Assembly: GCA_026914245.1 (NCBI GenBank)
Contig: CP110440.1
Location: forward strand, 248,001 to 312,000
Origin: Puccinia triticina
Lineage: Eukaryota
Direction: 5' to 3'
DNA: 64,000 nt
Below are positions 1 through 13,199 of this stretch, in pieces. The notes under the pieces are model-generated. The model saw only the letters and a program-made list of their open reading frames with translations, was not told the origin of the DNA and ran no database searches. The position numbers were made by a program, and so were the translations under genes. Numbering within the stretch: the stretch's first letter is position 1; the number at the start of each line of letters is the position of its first letter.

Positions 1-1282
1 GGCGGTTGGTTCTAATACGTCCCGCCGCCCCAACGACCCGGCAGAAAATCAAGTAACGGACGATGATCAACTTGATCCTGACACAGACAGTTAGCCGTAA
101 ATCGGAGATCGGCGATCAGCCACCTTTCGAGTCAGTAATCTATTACTTTTTTCCCTAGGACTTTTAGAAACCTTTATCCAGTTGACATTTATTGATTGAC
201 ATCAAAAATTCTCTTGCAGAAGGATCCGTCTGACCCGCTTGGAAGTGCAGTTGAATTTTCGAATTATCTTATCTGTCTCTCTGAGCGATTTCACCAAAAT
301 TCTCGGTGGTTAGTCAATGGGGCCATAACGCAAACAAACACAACGTGTTGGAGTATGAAACACTCATATAAATATGATCATAGGAATACTTTCACAAAAG
401 CCCCCTCACAATTGGTTTTGTCTGTTACACGTTATCTAAAAATCAAAATTGCTTATTATTTGATTCTCTTCCTGGTTTGATGGCCCACCATGAACAATGT
501 GCTCTGATACAAGCAAACATGCTCTCAGCATTGAACATACAAGCTGAGTTGGTGGTTTGGTACAAAACAATATCAGAGGTGTTAGCTGCCCACTTGCTTG
601 TGCTAATATGGATCTATTTCAGCTCATGTGCAAAGAACTACAGTGGTGAGTGGATGACTTCCCATTGAGATCTGTGGGCCTCCCAGAAGCAATTTAGAGC
701 CTAAAAAGGTAGATTTCCCTGCAAAAATCTAGACCTTCCAGGCCAATATCCACAAGTACAACGGGCACAGATGTGATGGGAACAGTAGTTACAATAACAG
801 TTACTATCAGTTTGTTTTGTCTTTAATTTAAAATTCAGAACCACATAGTGATTTTTTCAGCTAGATCAAGAAGTCATAGCTCTCCTCTAATAATTGATGA
901 AATAATTTTCCATTTTTGTAAAAAGACTGACTGGATATCCTGGTTATTGTCACTAGCCACTGTTCCAGGGAAGTCGCCCACTATGCAACCAGCATACAAA
1001 GATAGACTGAATAGCAACAAAGGAAACATGTACCAACCATTTCCTAGGCTCATCTGAAACTTCAACAAATTCACAAAATGACTACATAATCTGCTTCATT
1101 AAACCATCCTATCAGAGAACAAAAGCAAGACAAGAAAAAAAACCAATTACATAGAAGCACATGTTTGCAAGAAGCAAGAGAAGAATTGCTGATTACAGAC
1201 TAGATTTGATAGATAAGTTAGCATGTGTATGTTTGGTTTGGACTATGTAATACAAATATTCACTTTGATTTCAAGATAAGAC

Positions 1283-3459
1283 TCATAACTTGATAGGATC
1301 AACTCCGGCATGCTCAACAGCTTCGGTCAAGACTTTGAAGGTTGAAGAGTCTCGTGGCAGGATCTCGATAAACGAGTCGTTCAAGTTGATTGGATGAGAA
1401 GAGAATCCCGTAGAAAATTTGATTGATCTTACAAATTCTTCCGTGCTCATTGCGCTTGATGATTTAATTTTAATCTCAAAGCTCCATAAGAGTCTTGTAA
1501 ACGTAATAAATAATGATCTATTTTTTAAATTTATCAAAGACATCAGCTGTGGGGGTCACTCGAATGCCTGCAATGAGAAATCAAATAAATACACGGACAA
1601 GGAGGACAACAGACTCAACTTGTTTGCAATATGTAAAGCTGGACAAATTCTTCTACCAAAGCCAAAGGCATGATGACCATAGGTAGACCATTTGGTACCA
1701 ATCAGTAAGCCAGTTTGGGTATCAATAAACCTTTCAGGGATAAATCTTTGAGGATCCTTGTAGGTCTCTTCATCCAAATGGATCGACCAATGGTTAGCTA
1801 CAATTGTCGTGCCTTTGGGTATAAAATACCCTTCATATTCATCATCTTCGGTCGACATGTGTGCTAAACCTGAAATAGTTAATTTCTCAAATTGCCCGTC
1901 AACTTTCTATTCTGGTTTTGGGCTGCAGTTTTTGAATGAGAAGTAAAATGTCAGACGGACCTCCGGGTATCACTGTTCTCCATCTTAACAACTCCCTGAC
2001 CATCGCCCCACAATATACTAGTGCTTCCTCATCCGAGAATTCTGGGAGTCTGTCTCTCCCTACAACTCGATCGAGTTCCTCCTGGGCCTTGGCCACTTTA
2101 TCCGGATTAGCTGCACAAGCAAAGATAAAAGTCTCGATCGCATCCGCTGTCGTGTCACTACCAGCACCAAACTTGAGTGGGTGGGGTGATGAGGATATGT
2201 GAAACAAGGAAGGCGGGAACCAGATATGAATGAACGGCTGGATCATATTTAATGATAATGAAGATCCAACTATTACCATTGCGCCGGCCAAGAAGATAGC
2301 CTGATTATCAGTCAATCGGTAAGAATCTTTCAGACTCTCGATTCTAGCTACGAAGCAAGCACCATGAGCAGGATCGAAGGGTTGCTGCAGGGGATGAGAC
2401 TGTTGAGTGACTCCTCGGTAAAGTTCTCCAAATAGGTCGAGGGTTTCGTTGAAGAGCTGATTACCGTATTGTTTCCATGGCGAGAGGATCGATGGTAAGT
2501 AGGACAGGATCGGAAGCGAATCGATTAGATATCTTCCTGGTACCGCCGTCTCGATCATCTTCTCATTGCATTCCCTCATGCTGGTGATCGCTGGATCTTC
2601 GATACTTAGGGCTCGTCGATTGAAGGCGATTTGCAAGACAGTCGAGCCGGCATATCTGAATATAAGTTAAGTCCAAGACATAATCAGACGTTAGTCCTCG
2701 GGAAAAGTTGATAGCCGAATAATTAAGCTAGCAGATTTGGGATAAGTCAAGTTTGATAAACCTTTGAGAATGTTTCCAATGTTCTTGGGGATGATTGAAG
2801 ATGTCTAAACAAAGCTGGGCAGATTCTTGAGATTGAATGGGATGATAGTTTGAAGCGGCTTTGGGTTGAGTGAGCAGGTGTAACAACTTGCGTTGTCGTC
2901 GCCACAGGTCATCGTAAGGCATGAATGTTAGCCTTAGGCCTTTCGAGACGTATTCCGATGTCATAATGTTTCGAGGTCTTGATGAATATTTGGATGACCT
3001 TTTCTCTAATAACTCTACTGCTGCTTTGGGCGTTCCTAATACCTAATAACATTCGTAAAGAAGTAGGTAGTATATTAATATTCTTTGACTATTGTTATTC
3101 CGTGGTGAATAAAAGAAACGGGCACTAACGATCAGATCGGAGCGGCCCATTTTCAAACGATAGATAGGACCTTTTTATGATTAGAAACAGAAGATCAGTC
3201 ACAGTTGATATCGGCTACCATCACTAATGGGACTGATTGATTGATACCAACCTAATTCTTTGGTCCATTTGGACATCTGGATCCACGGGTTCGCTTGGCG
3301 GATTTGAAACAAGTTGCCGACCAATGGTGAGCCCATCGGCTGGGGCATCTTCCGAGTATGGGTTGTATACTTCCGGTCATGGTTCTTGTCTCTCTTGTAG
3401 AAGCAAGCCAGCCAGGTGAGGATGGCGACACTGATGAGGATGGTGGCAGCCAGCGTCAT
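1283..3459 (-). CDS. Cytochrome P450 monooxygenase (multi-exon)
   Basis: N-terminal anchor MTLAATILISVAILTWLACF (ATG 3459), Pro-rich hinge PQPMGSPLVGNL, I-helix AGSDTT, ExxR (ELLRW), PERF, heme motif FGFGRRICPA; last exon ends GVDPIKL* at 1283. GT-AG introns separate the ORF fragments. Confidence 0.93.
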
Positions 3460-3637
3460 CCTTGAATGGCTTGGCCGAGCCGGATGCCAGATCGCCGCAC
3501 AGTGCTGGAGCCCGAATGATGTAACATACAGCCTGTCACGCACTCTGGAGTCTGGGGGGATGCGACATCTCCCGATCCTGTGTTACCATGTTAATACAAT
3601 ATCTAGGATAGTGCTCTCCTGTTCAGAACCACGCAAC
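3460..3637. promoter_or_regulatory. Short divergent (probably bidirectional) intergenic region between P450 and HAD genes
   Basis: Only 178 bp separate the two divergent ATGs (3459 minus, 3638 plus). Confidence 0.55.
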
Positions 3638-4749
3638 ATGGCCGACAGTGATCGATCCAAGGGACTTCCGGCTCAGATCAAGGCTGTCATCTTCGACATG
3701 GTGTGTATTGCTTCGTTCTGATCATACAACACTCCTCAGCGATACATGTACTGATCGCGCTTTGTGGCGTGCCCGTCAACTCCATGCAGGATGGTTTGTT
3801 GCTGGACTCGGAAGTGAGTGACAAGAAAACGGAAACTGTCCACTTTCTTCCAAAGCCATGACACGTGATCTTATTCAACTGTTTACGACCACGCTTCTAC
3901 AGCGTTTATATACCCAAGTCACCAACGAAGTCTTGGCGCCCTACAACAAGCAATTAACCTGGGAGATCAAGGCGATGTTGATGGGGCGACCAGCAGAGGA
4001 ATCAGCAAGGATCTTGATCGAACGTACCGGAATCCCACTATCCCCAGAAGAGCTAATCTCGATGTTTGCAACCCGACAACGTACTCTGTTCTCAACCGTC
4101 CAACCTATGCCTGGTGCCTTGAAGCTAGTTCAACATCTTCAAAAGTCGAACATTCCTATGGCCGTCAGTTGCTCTACAACCGTTTTCTTATTGACGCGTG
4201 AACCTATCCGACCAATATGAGCCGAAACTTACATCTCTAAACCATCTCTTCCCCAATTATTTATTTGGCTTTTCCGGCAAATGACTCATCTTGTAGATTG
4301 CGACTGGCTCAAGTTCGACTAATTACAAGTTGAAGAGTGAAAACTTGGGTGAACTATTCTCAGGTTTCGAAGGAAAAGTCGTATGTGGAGATGATCCAGA
4401 GTTAAAGAGAGGCAAACCGCACCCGGATCCATTCTTGCTAGCAGCTAGTCGACATCTAGGGATGAAACTCAAGCCGGATCCAGTCACGGGCTTCCTCGAA
4501 CCCCCCTCGGCCGAGCAGTCCGACCAATCGACCAGCCTTAGACCCGATCAAATCTTGGTCTTTGAAGACGGATTGGCGGGCGTCCAAGCTGCCCAGGCGG
4601 CCGGAATGAAGGTCATTTGGGTGCCCGACCCAGAACTTAAGAACGTCATACTCCGTCAGAACGATCAGCAATCTCGAGTCACCGCTGATCGGGTCTTGGA
4701 TTCCTTATTGGACTGGAATGGGGCCGATTGGGCTCTTCCCACCTTTTAA
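3638..4749 (+). CDS. HAD-superfamily phosphatase (GS1/pseudouridine-5'-phosphatase-like), multi-exon
   Basis: Spliced motif I AVIFDM|DGLLLDSE (24-nt exon 3790-3813), PMPGA..LV.HL, IATGS, GKPHPDPFL, LVFEDG..GV.AA.AAGM; stop TAA at 4749. Confidence 0.9.
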
Positions 4750-5599
4750 ATCCGTAACTATTACCCAAGCTCGATTCAACAACGTTCCCGTCTTGAAGAA
4801 AACCAAAAAGTAGAATGTATAGACTTGTAATTTTCTCATATGGATCAAACATGACCATCTACATACCAATAAATATTCATTTTGAGAGGGTTTTCCTGTT
4901 TGTATATGAAGCAAGTGTGCTTGCCCTTCTATTGGTTTTCGTTGCTCACTGGCCTCTCATTTTCTCACTGATGACAAAGTCAAATCCCCAAAAAGATCTC
5001 ATGTTAAAAACAAAACACCGAGCAAGAAAAATAAACCCTGAACAAGAGCAAGAAAGAAAATCTTCTGAGCGAGAGCAAGAAAAGCAAAAACCAAACACAC
5101 CCAGAGGAAGAGGGGAAAAACCGCCTGATTGGTAAGAGCAAGATTCAAACTGCGAGAGCGAGCGGGAGGAAAACCTGGAGCGACAGCAAGAAACAGAAAA
5201 GACTAAGCCGGTAAAATAGCGACAAATGTCATCCCACTACATCCCCAGTCAAGACCTAGCGGTTAGAGACAACCCAAAATCTTCCTTTCCATGTTTTGCG
5301 TGTTCTTGCAGAGGATCTCAATTTAACGCAGCCAGGCCCAGCCGGACTGGCGATCGGTCCTGTGAATGGATTGCCCGTGTGCATATGGAAATGGTGCTAG
5401 TGATTGTGGGACAAGACTCAGAAAATGAAGGCGGACTCAGTCCACTTTTCAAACCTTATGCATGCGGATTGAAATTGCGAGAAGGGAAAAGTTTTGGAGG
5501 ATGAGAAAAAATGGCCCCACTTACCACCTTTCTTGAATCTGCTGTAAATATAATCCTCAGAGCCCCACGTCCCTACTTCCAAGCTCTTAACTTTTCAAG

Positions 5600-7280
5600 A
5601 TGTCAGTATCAGCGGCTCAGCAACTTGTGGATTTGATTTCCCAAGCAGTCAAAGATATCGAAGGCGATATTGCCAGCCAAATCTCAGGTGGTACGATCAC
5701 CGATGTCAACTTGCCAATTGTTGCTCGAGAAGACGGACTGGAGGCAACTGAAACGCGTCGAGCAGCCATCAGAACCTTACATGCGGCCACTCACGAATTA
5801 ATCTCGACTATCATGCCCGCAGGCGTGTACGTGCTCGACACTTATTCCTCTTTTTTCGAGAAAACGGCGATCGATACCGTTGTTGGTGCGGGCATTGCAG
5901 ACTTGATCCATTCGATCGACCCCGATTCTAGTATGGGTGGCGTCCATGTCAACGTACTCGCCGAAAAGACCATGATGGATTCTCGCAAACTGTCTCACAT
6001 CCTACGCTTCCTCGCCTTGCGTAACATATTCTGCGAATTGACCGAAAATCATTGGGCCAATAATCGACATTCTTTCCCACTAAGAACTGATTCTTCCAAT
6101 AGCATTGTAAATGCCCTTGGACATATTCGAGAGGAAACTTCACTGCCCGCCTTGGTCGCTCTTCCTAAGCTTCTGTTGGACAAACAAGTTGACGGAGCTT
6201 TCAGCAGGGATCCTAACCACAGTGCGTTCTATAAGTATCATCAGCCCGGTTGCGATTTTTTTGAATTCTTGGCCAAGTCAGAGGGTGGTTATAAAGCCGA
6301 GAGATTTGGGAAAGCAATGGTAGGCGGGAAATATGTTTCCTTCAAAAAAATGATCATTAGAGCGCACCTTACGAGTTTCAACACTAACCAAGAAAAAACA
6401 AATCTTTGCCGACATGAATAGTTGGAGATGTCCCATGCCAGGGGCTCCGGGGCAGCGGTGTATAAAGCCTTTGATTGGCAGAAGCTTGGTCCCAAGGGCA
6501 CCTTAATCGATGTTGGTGGTGGGGTTGGTGCGGCTGCGTATGCTATTTCTACTTACCTTCCGGGATGGAAAGTAGTAGTGCAAGATCGTGCTGAGGTGGT
6601 CAAAGATGGGAAAGAAGTAAGCTTTTTTTTTTTTTTGCTAGAGTAGCACACACTAGTTTTTTTGCTCGGCGCAATAACTATTCAAATCGTTGCTGGATCT
6701 GGAACTTCAGAACTACCGACAGATAGGCTCATCGGCCAACTTGGAATTTGAGGAAGTCGACTTTTTCCAGGACCAACCGGCGCATCGCTCCGGGGAAGCA
6801 GACACTTTCTTCCTCCGACACGTATTACACGATTGGGCGTGAGTTGAACTGTTGAAGTTGAGTCCAGCATCTTAAATGGTCGTGACGCTGACCCATATCT
6901 TTCTGGGCTATAAATATAACGTGATGGCCACCAATCATTACTTCTCCAGCTTTGAATTCTGCGTAAAGATTTTGAGCCGCTTAAGAAAAGCTGCGAAATC
7001 GACGACATCCTTATTGATATGCGAGACTGTCCTGAATCCGCCGGTCCGGAATCATGATTCTCCGATCCTCTCCAACGGCGGTATGACTCCCTCCTCATCC
7101 CACATTCTCAACCTCGCCATGATGACTCTTCTTAACGCAGAGGAGCGTAGCCAAGCTGAGTTTGTAGAAATCCTGAACAAGAGTGGTTGGAAGTTACATT
7201 CGGTTACCCATTTGGCCACTCTTTCGGATTACTTCATGATTGAAGGTGTTCCTGACCCCTCGTGGAACCCGCAAGATTAA
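5600..7280 (+). CDS. SAM-dependent O-methyltransferase (Methyltransf_2 / COMT-OmtA type), multi-exon
   Basis: N-terminal dimerisation region, LIDVGGGVG SAM-binding motif, VVVQDRAEVV, EVDFF, FLRHVLHDW (catalytic His), LLICE, ERSQAEF. Confidence 0.9.
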
Positions 7281-8255
7281 TGCACCAATCCTTCTTAGCA
7301 AGTATTCATGAACCAATCCTTTCCAGAAGATATTAGTGAACCAATCATCCTTACAGTATAAAGAACCACTTCTCATGGGTGTCACAATGTCAGGTATCAC
7401 AGATGTAGTCCTTATAGTACTGTCCCTTTGTCGTGTCACAATTGAGTGTCATGTGAACACTGGAGAACTTTCCGTGCAATCTGGGACCCATAAATGTTGG
7501 TTTAGAACCGTAAAGTCTAGATTTTTGCAGGGAAATCTAACTTTTTGGGCTCTTCATTACTTGTCATCAGGTGGCTTTTTTTCCCCTGGTGCATACACTG
7601 CAAAAAAAACTGGGTCAACTGTGAGCAGTTGACATGCGGAAAGAGTAAGCTTGTGGTGTTCTTCCAGCCTTTCTCAAAGTTTAAATTAACCTAAGCTCCA
7701 ATGCACAACATGGCATAGTGACTGTGCCACAAAAATCCATCATGTGACCAGCTAGAGCTACAATGGCTGGCAGCTTGGCTGGAGTATTCTGCATGTCAAC
7801 TGTAACCTTGGTGATTGCAAGATGGAATTATATAATTTCAGAGCAGGGCAATTCTTACACTCCACATGTCAGGAAAAACTTTGTAATCTGCTCTTCACAC
7901 TTCCTCACAACATCCAACACCACATGATAAATACACTCCAGTCAGTACTCATTCATTTACCATCATTATCTCTTCACAAACAGCCCCAGGTCTCACTAAA
8001 ACAAAAAGACTAGTTCAGCAAAAGTCTGTTTATTTAACGTCTAAAGCATATATATATGTAGATAGATAGATGTAGATTTTGTTTCTCTTTCACGGGTGCG
8101 GTGGTTTGTTAGATGCTTAACCAAGTTTCTTTGGTGTGAGTGTTTATCTTTGGAACAGAGAAGCAGAAATAAAAGGAGAAGGATGAGGACTATGAATGAG
8201 GAGGAATCAAAGGAGTGCGCAGTGATTAGCAGTAGTTGTGGAGGGAATAAACAAA

Positions 8256-11200
8256 TTATCCGACGGCGGCCGGAATCAACAAGGTAGGATCAGAAGAGTT
8301 ACCACCGCCGCTGTTGTTATTCCCGTTGTTGTTGGCATGGTTGTTCTCGTTATTCTGAGGATTACTGTTGTTAGTAGGAGTAGTGGTAGAGTTCTGCGAG
8401 TGCGGATTGGGGGGGCCATCAACCATAGGAATTCCGTCTACGGAAGGAGACGGCTCAGCGGGGACCATTCTGAGTCTGTCGTGGCCGACAGATGGGGGGA
8501 GCCCCGAGGGGTTCAAGGGGAGGGTATGGGGAGGGCGCAGAGGGAGGGCGTGAGGGCCAACGATGTCGGCGTGATGTCTGGCCAAGTCCGGGAAAAGACC
8601 GCGGTCATCGCCGAGCGAGCCCAGGTGGATCGGGCCAAGAGGGAGATGCGTACCCGGCGCGCCGTCGACCATCCCACCCGTCGCAAAACCACTCGCCGTC
8701 GACATCGATCCGAATCCTGCTGAGCCCGGCGGCGTCCCCCCCATGCTCGTCACTCCTGTAGGCGTCATTGGGATCGCGTCCGCTGCTGGTGGCTGTTTGG
8801 GCGAATTCGGGTTCGTGTCGCTCAAGATTTCCAACAGGCTCGTCACTCGTCCTTTGTTATTTCCTGCCTCTACAAAAAGGAAAAAAAAAAAATCAAGACA
8901 CTTCATAAGAAAATGCGATCCGCAAAAAGAGAATGAGTTGGCTGATGATCGGGCTATGACGAACTTTTATTGACGTAATCTCTCAGAGGGGCCTTAAGGC
9001 CTGCCTGTTTACCGACCAACTCTTTCAGCTGATCTCTAGGCAGCTGGAGGATAGCACCAAAACTGTGAGGGGCGATGATCTTGGCACATCGCATAAAGCC
9101 TTCCCATAGCTGGGGCTGAGTCCAGATCTTCTTCAAGATCAGTCTTGATAAGAGAGTCGTTGAGACGAAAGCTTGCAAGGATTTGTAGGTTTGAACGGCT
9201 TGGATCACCTGTATCACTCTATGATGATCAGTTTGATTATTGTAAAAACATTCTAAGAATTTGACTCACCGTCCTCAAGAAAAGCGTGGGAAGGGTCAAT
9301 TCATCAACCACTTGTTGCATGAAGGCGGCGAGGACCTCAGGTTTGAAGACCTCGGTCATCGAGAAACAAAGACCGATAGCTTCGATAGCCTGTTTGATAG
9401 AATACTGTGCATCCTCGGTCCTGTGGATGAGCACCAAGAGCTCGACCGGCGTCAAGAGTTCGGACTGTTTAACCCTGGGTGCGTTGGTCGAGACAGAGCC
9501 GAAGTTGGTCGGAGGTTGTTGGATGATCAAGTCAAAGACCGATCGGACGAGATTCTTCTCGTCCGGCTTGCCGTTCAACAGGGTCAGGATCCGAGGTAGA
9601 TGGTGGATGATCTCGCTCTTCGTCAGCTCGCCGATCATCGGGATGATGAATCGTGGTGATAGATCGCTCGACTTCGAGGCCAGGTTCTTGACGGCTTCGA
9701 TAATCCCTGCCGGTGGTTTGCCCTTCTCCGTCAGGATCGATAAGATCCTTAAGACTAATGACTCCGATCCACTTAGGCAGTTCTGGATTAGTGAGACGAT
9801 CTTCGGGTGTTTGCCTCCCAAGGTTCGTACAAGTGGGGTGATCAGCTCATTCACGGATTCTTGAACTTGGCCAGGCATCAGTGGATATGACCGGAATAAA
9901 CTAATGATGTCAAAGTTAATTTTTGCAATATCACAAACAAATAAAACAAAGCATAAACGGCCAAGCAGCAAGCAATAGTTTGAAACAGCACATGTCAGAT
10001 GAATGGCCGGGAGAAAAAGATAGAAGAAATAAAAACTCAACTGATCAAGTAGATCGGGATTCTTTGCGGAGAGTGCAAGTAAGAGTTCTAAATGTTGAAC
10101 AACGACATCTTCAGTCTTCACTTTGCCAAGGCCGGAAAGAATCACGGCATTCTGAACTTTAGCAAACGTGATCGGAGGCTCTGGAGTTGATTGTCGAGCG
10201 GCCTCCCATTCGGTTGTCTCGCCGTCCTCCATCTCGACTTCCTGCTGTCGATCATTGGCTTCGTTCTTGATCGTCCCGGCCTTAGCCTCAGCTGCCAACA
10301 TTTTGTTCTCATTGCCTTCTGCCTCTACTTCTTCTTCGCCTTTCTCCAACTTCTGTAACAGCTGCACAGCAAAGCTGACGACCCGCTCCCCAAGATTATT
10401 CATCTGATTGTTCGGCGACACCCAACTCTTGACTGACATGATCGCAGCCGTCCTTGTTTGTCGCCGGGAATGAGTAGACAGACCCAGTAAGACGTCCAGG
10501 GTCCGATTCCGGAGCGTTGGTCGCGTGGCCGTCAGGTCTCTTAATGTTGTAAATCCAACGGTCAGTTTATTGGGGTCTTGACACATCTGCTGTAATCGCA
10601 TCAGCTCCCTCTCTGATACATAGGGAAGATCCAGCAAAAAGGCAGAGAGTACCGGTCTCGTGGAGTCAGATTGGACAGGGTTGGAGGGGGGAACGTTATT
10701 GACGATGTAGTCTAAGGTCATTGTGAGCCACCGTTCATAGGGAGTCGCACTGATCAAATCAGTGGGGTGATCAAATTGATTAGGGTCAGTGGGCTTAGCC
10801 AACCACTCCTCCATCAACCATGCTCTGGCAAAGTGCACACTGTTTTTTTTTTTTTTTTTTTTTTTTTTTCAAAACAAAGGATCAGCGTCTTTTTTGTTGG
10901 TCAGAGATGGGTATATGAGTTGGCTGACCGATTTGAAAAATCAGCAATGACAAACTGAAATAAGGACTGTCTGATGTCCTCTTTTCGCATTTCAATTTCT
11001 TCGACAGTACTATCCCCACTGCCGGACATCCCTCGGGTGACCAATCTTGATAGTAGCATGCTCCAAACGCCACTCTGAACTTTCGATCCATCGGCTATCA
11101 GGCCGTTAGAAACGATCCGATCGAGAGTCATTCTGATCATCAACCTCCGACTGAGTTCACTCAGTTCGGTGGGCGCATCGGTTTGCCAGGCTTCCGGAAA

Positions 11201-13066
11201 GATCAGCTTATCGCCGGCCTCTGTCTCGCCTTCTTCGAGATCCGGATTCGGCTGTAAAACTAGTTCCTCGTCGTCCATGGCCACATCATTCTCTAAAGTA
11301 TCTTCTGACTTATTCAAGTTTGAGGATTCAATCAATTGCTGATGGGAGCTTTCTGTATCTATTTTGGATGAGGGCGAGTCGATTTCCATCTTCGGGCGAA
11401 CAGGTGAGCCAGGAGGGATGAAATGAGGATGATCGAGAGGCTGTGTTACGGCCGTTGGATGTGGCGGTTGAGAGAGATTTGATTGTGTTTGGCCAATAGA
11501 TGGTGGTTCGTTGAGTACGTTAGACCGTTCTCCATGCATGCTAGAGAGATAAACCTTTGAAAAAAAATAATAATAAGAAATTCATCAGTCTTGATTTCTC
11601 CACCACTGAGAAGGATATATACATTATTACATTAATGGCATTATTCAGTGCTTGATCGCTCAAGACTTGCAAGTTTGCAATGACCAGCTCAGCCACCAGT
11701 TCTACCGGCAAGCTCGTCACATCAAAGCCGGGTAGTTGGTTGGTCGATATGATTGTCGGGTGTATCATCTGGACAGGAGGAGGATTGATTTCTTGAATCT
11801 CAGGACGTTGAGTGACTCGAGCACGCTTCTTCGCGCACATTTCTTCTTCCTTTCTCTGCCGTTTCCTTTCGCGTTCTTTCTCATTCAACTCCTCAATTCG
11901 TTTGGTTTGATTGACCAGTGCTTCCCTGATCTGTTGAGTATAAGGTGAGGCAGGTGTGTTGCGATCGAGGTGGGAGAGGGTGATCCGCAAGGTCTTTTCG
12001 ATTCCTTTTAACTGTAAGACGCTGATAGTTCGCGATACGAGTGGTGAGGTTGATGGATTATAGCTTGCTAGTGCGGTCATAATGATAGGTGATAGACTAG
12101 GTCGAAGTCGAACCAGTGAGCCCAATGAAATCACGATGGCGGCTACCAGTTCGGGTATCCTAATAATCAATTAAATGGGAAAAAGAGGGATTCATGGGTC
12201 AATAATTATCGACAAATGAACACCACGGAGTGGGTAGTGAAGATATCATACTTTGATTGAAACATGATCCGGGTAGATTCTTCGAGCAAGTTATTAGCTT
12301 CTTGTTCGAGCTCCTTAGGTTTCAAGTAGGGATGCTGCTGAGCGCTACTACTACTTCCACACATGACGATACTGGGGTCTTCGTTCCGTTTCCGGGGGTC
12401 GATTAGGCCGCGTGTGCCGACTTGGATGACCCGTTGGACGAACTTGTTAGCGGCGAGTCTGATGCCCAGGGAGCTGTTCTCGTTCCTCCATAAGCTGAGG
12501 ATGGTGCCCTTGATCTGGTTGGATAGACCCCACTGTTTTGAGTCGTTGGTTGTGGTTGATTTGGTGCAGGTGTGCTTGAATAGGATGGGGTATGCGGATG
12601 AGAATGCTTGGATGGCCATTTTCTTGGTTTGGATCAGCTGATGATCTGAAGGGTCCTGGAGGGTGATGAGTCGATGTATTGTTTCTGTTGATTGGAGTAC
12701 AACTGAGCCCATTTTGTGAAAAGACAGTCAGTCAGCAGAGGAAACAAGAAGACTGGATATGTGTGTAGCAGATGCTGACGTACTCTGGAGCCTTTGATCG
12801 GCGGAGAGGGTAGTTTTTGAGATGGCCATTTGGATGACGGATGAGATCCATGTGCGATAGTATAGTTGCTGGTTTGCGTTGGTGGAGATGAGTGAGAGCA
12901 GTGAGGGATAGAGTATCGGGATGAAGGCTGGGTTGCGATCGAGGGTGTCTTTGAGTTTGGTGAGGGTTGATCGCTGGGTGATCGATCCGGGCTGGGCGGA
13001 GATGGCGGAGGAGAAGAGGAGGAGGCAGTCGTTTGGGGTTGCTGATGGTTGGTTCGTGCTGGCCAT
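8256..13066 (-). CDS. PTA1: Symplekin / Pta1, mRNA 3'-end processing scaffold (multi-exon)
   Basis: N-terminal HEAT-like region (IRLAANKFVQRVIQV) and the symplekin C-terminal domain (LTPVELLVLIH, LPTLFLRTV|IQAV, LSRLILKKIW, LWEGFMRCA, ILQLP..QL); Pro/Asn-rich tail ending at TAA 8256. Confidence 0.88.
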
Positions 13067-13199
13067 CGTCGTTCTGGAGTGGTTCTGGTTGGTTTTCTTA
13101 GAGGAAGTGGGCCATCCCGAGCTGGGCAGGAAAGCTATCCACGCACTGTCAGCCAGCTGTCACAGGACCACCACCCCGCGATCACACCCAACCACCACC

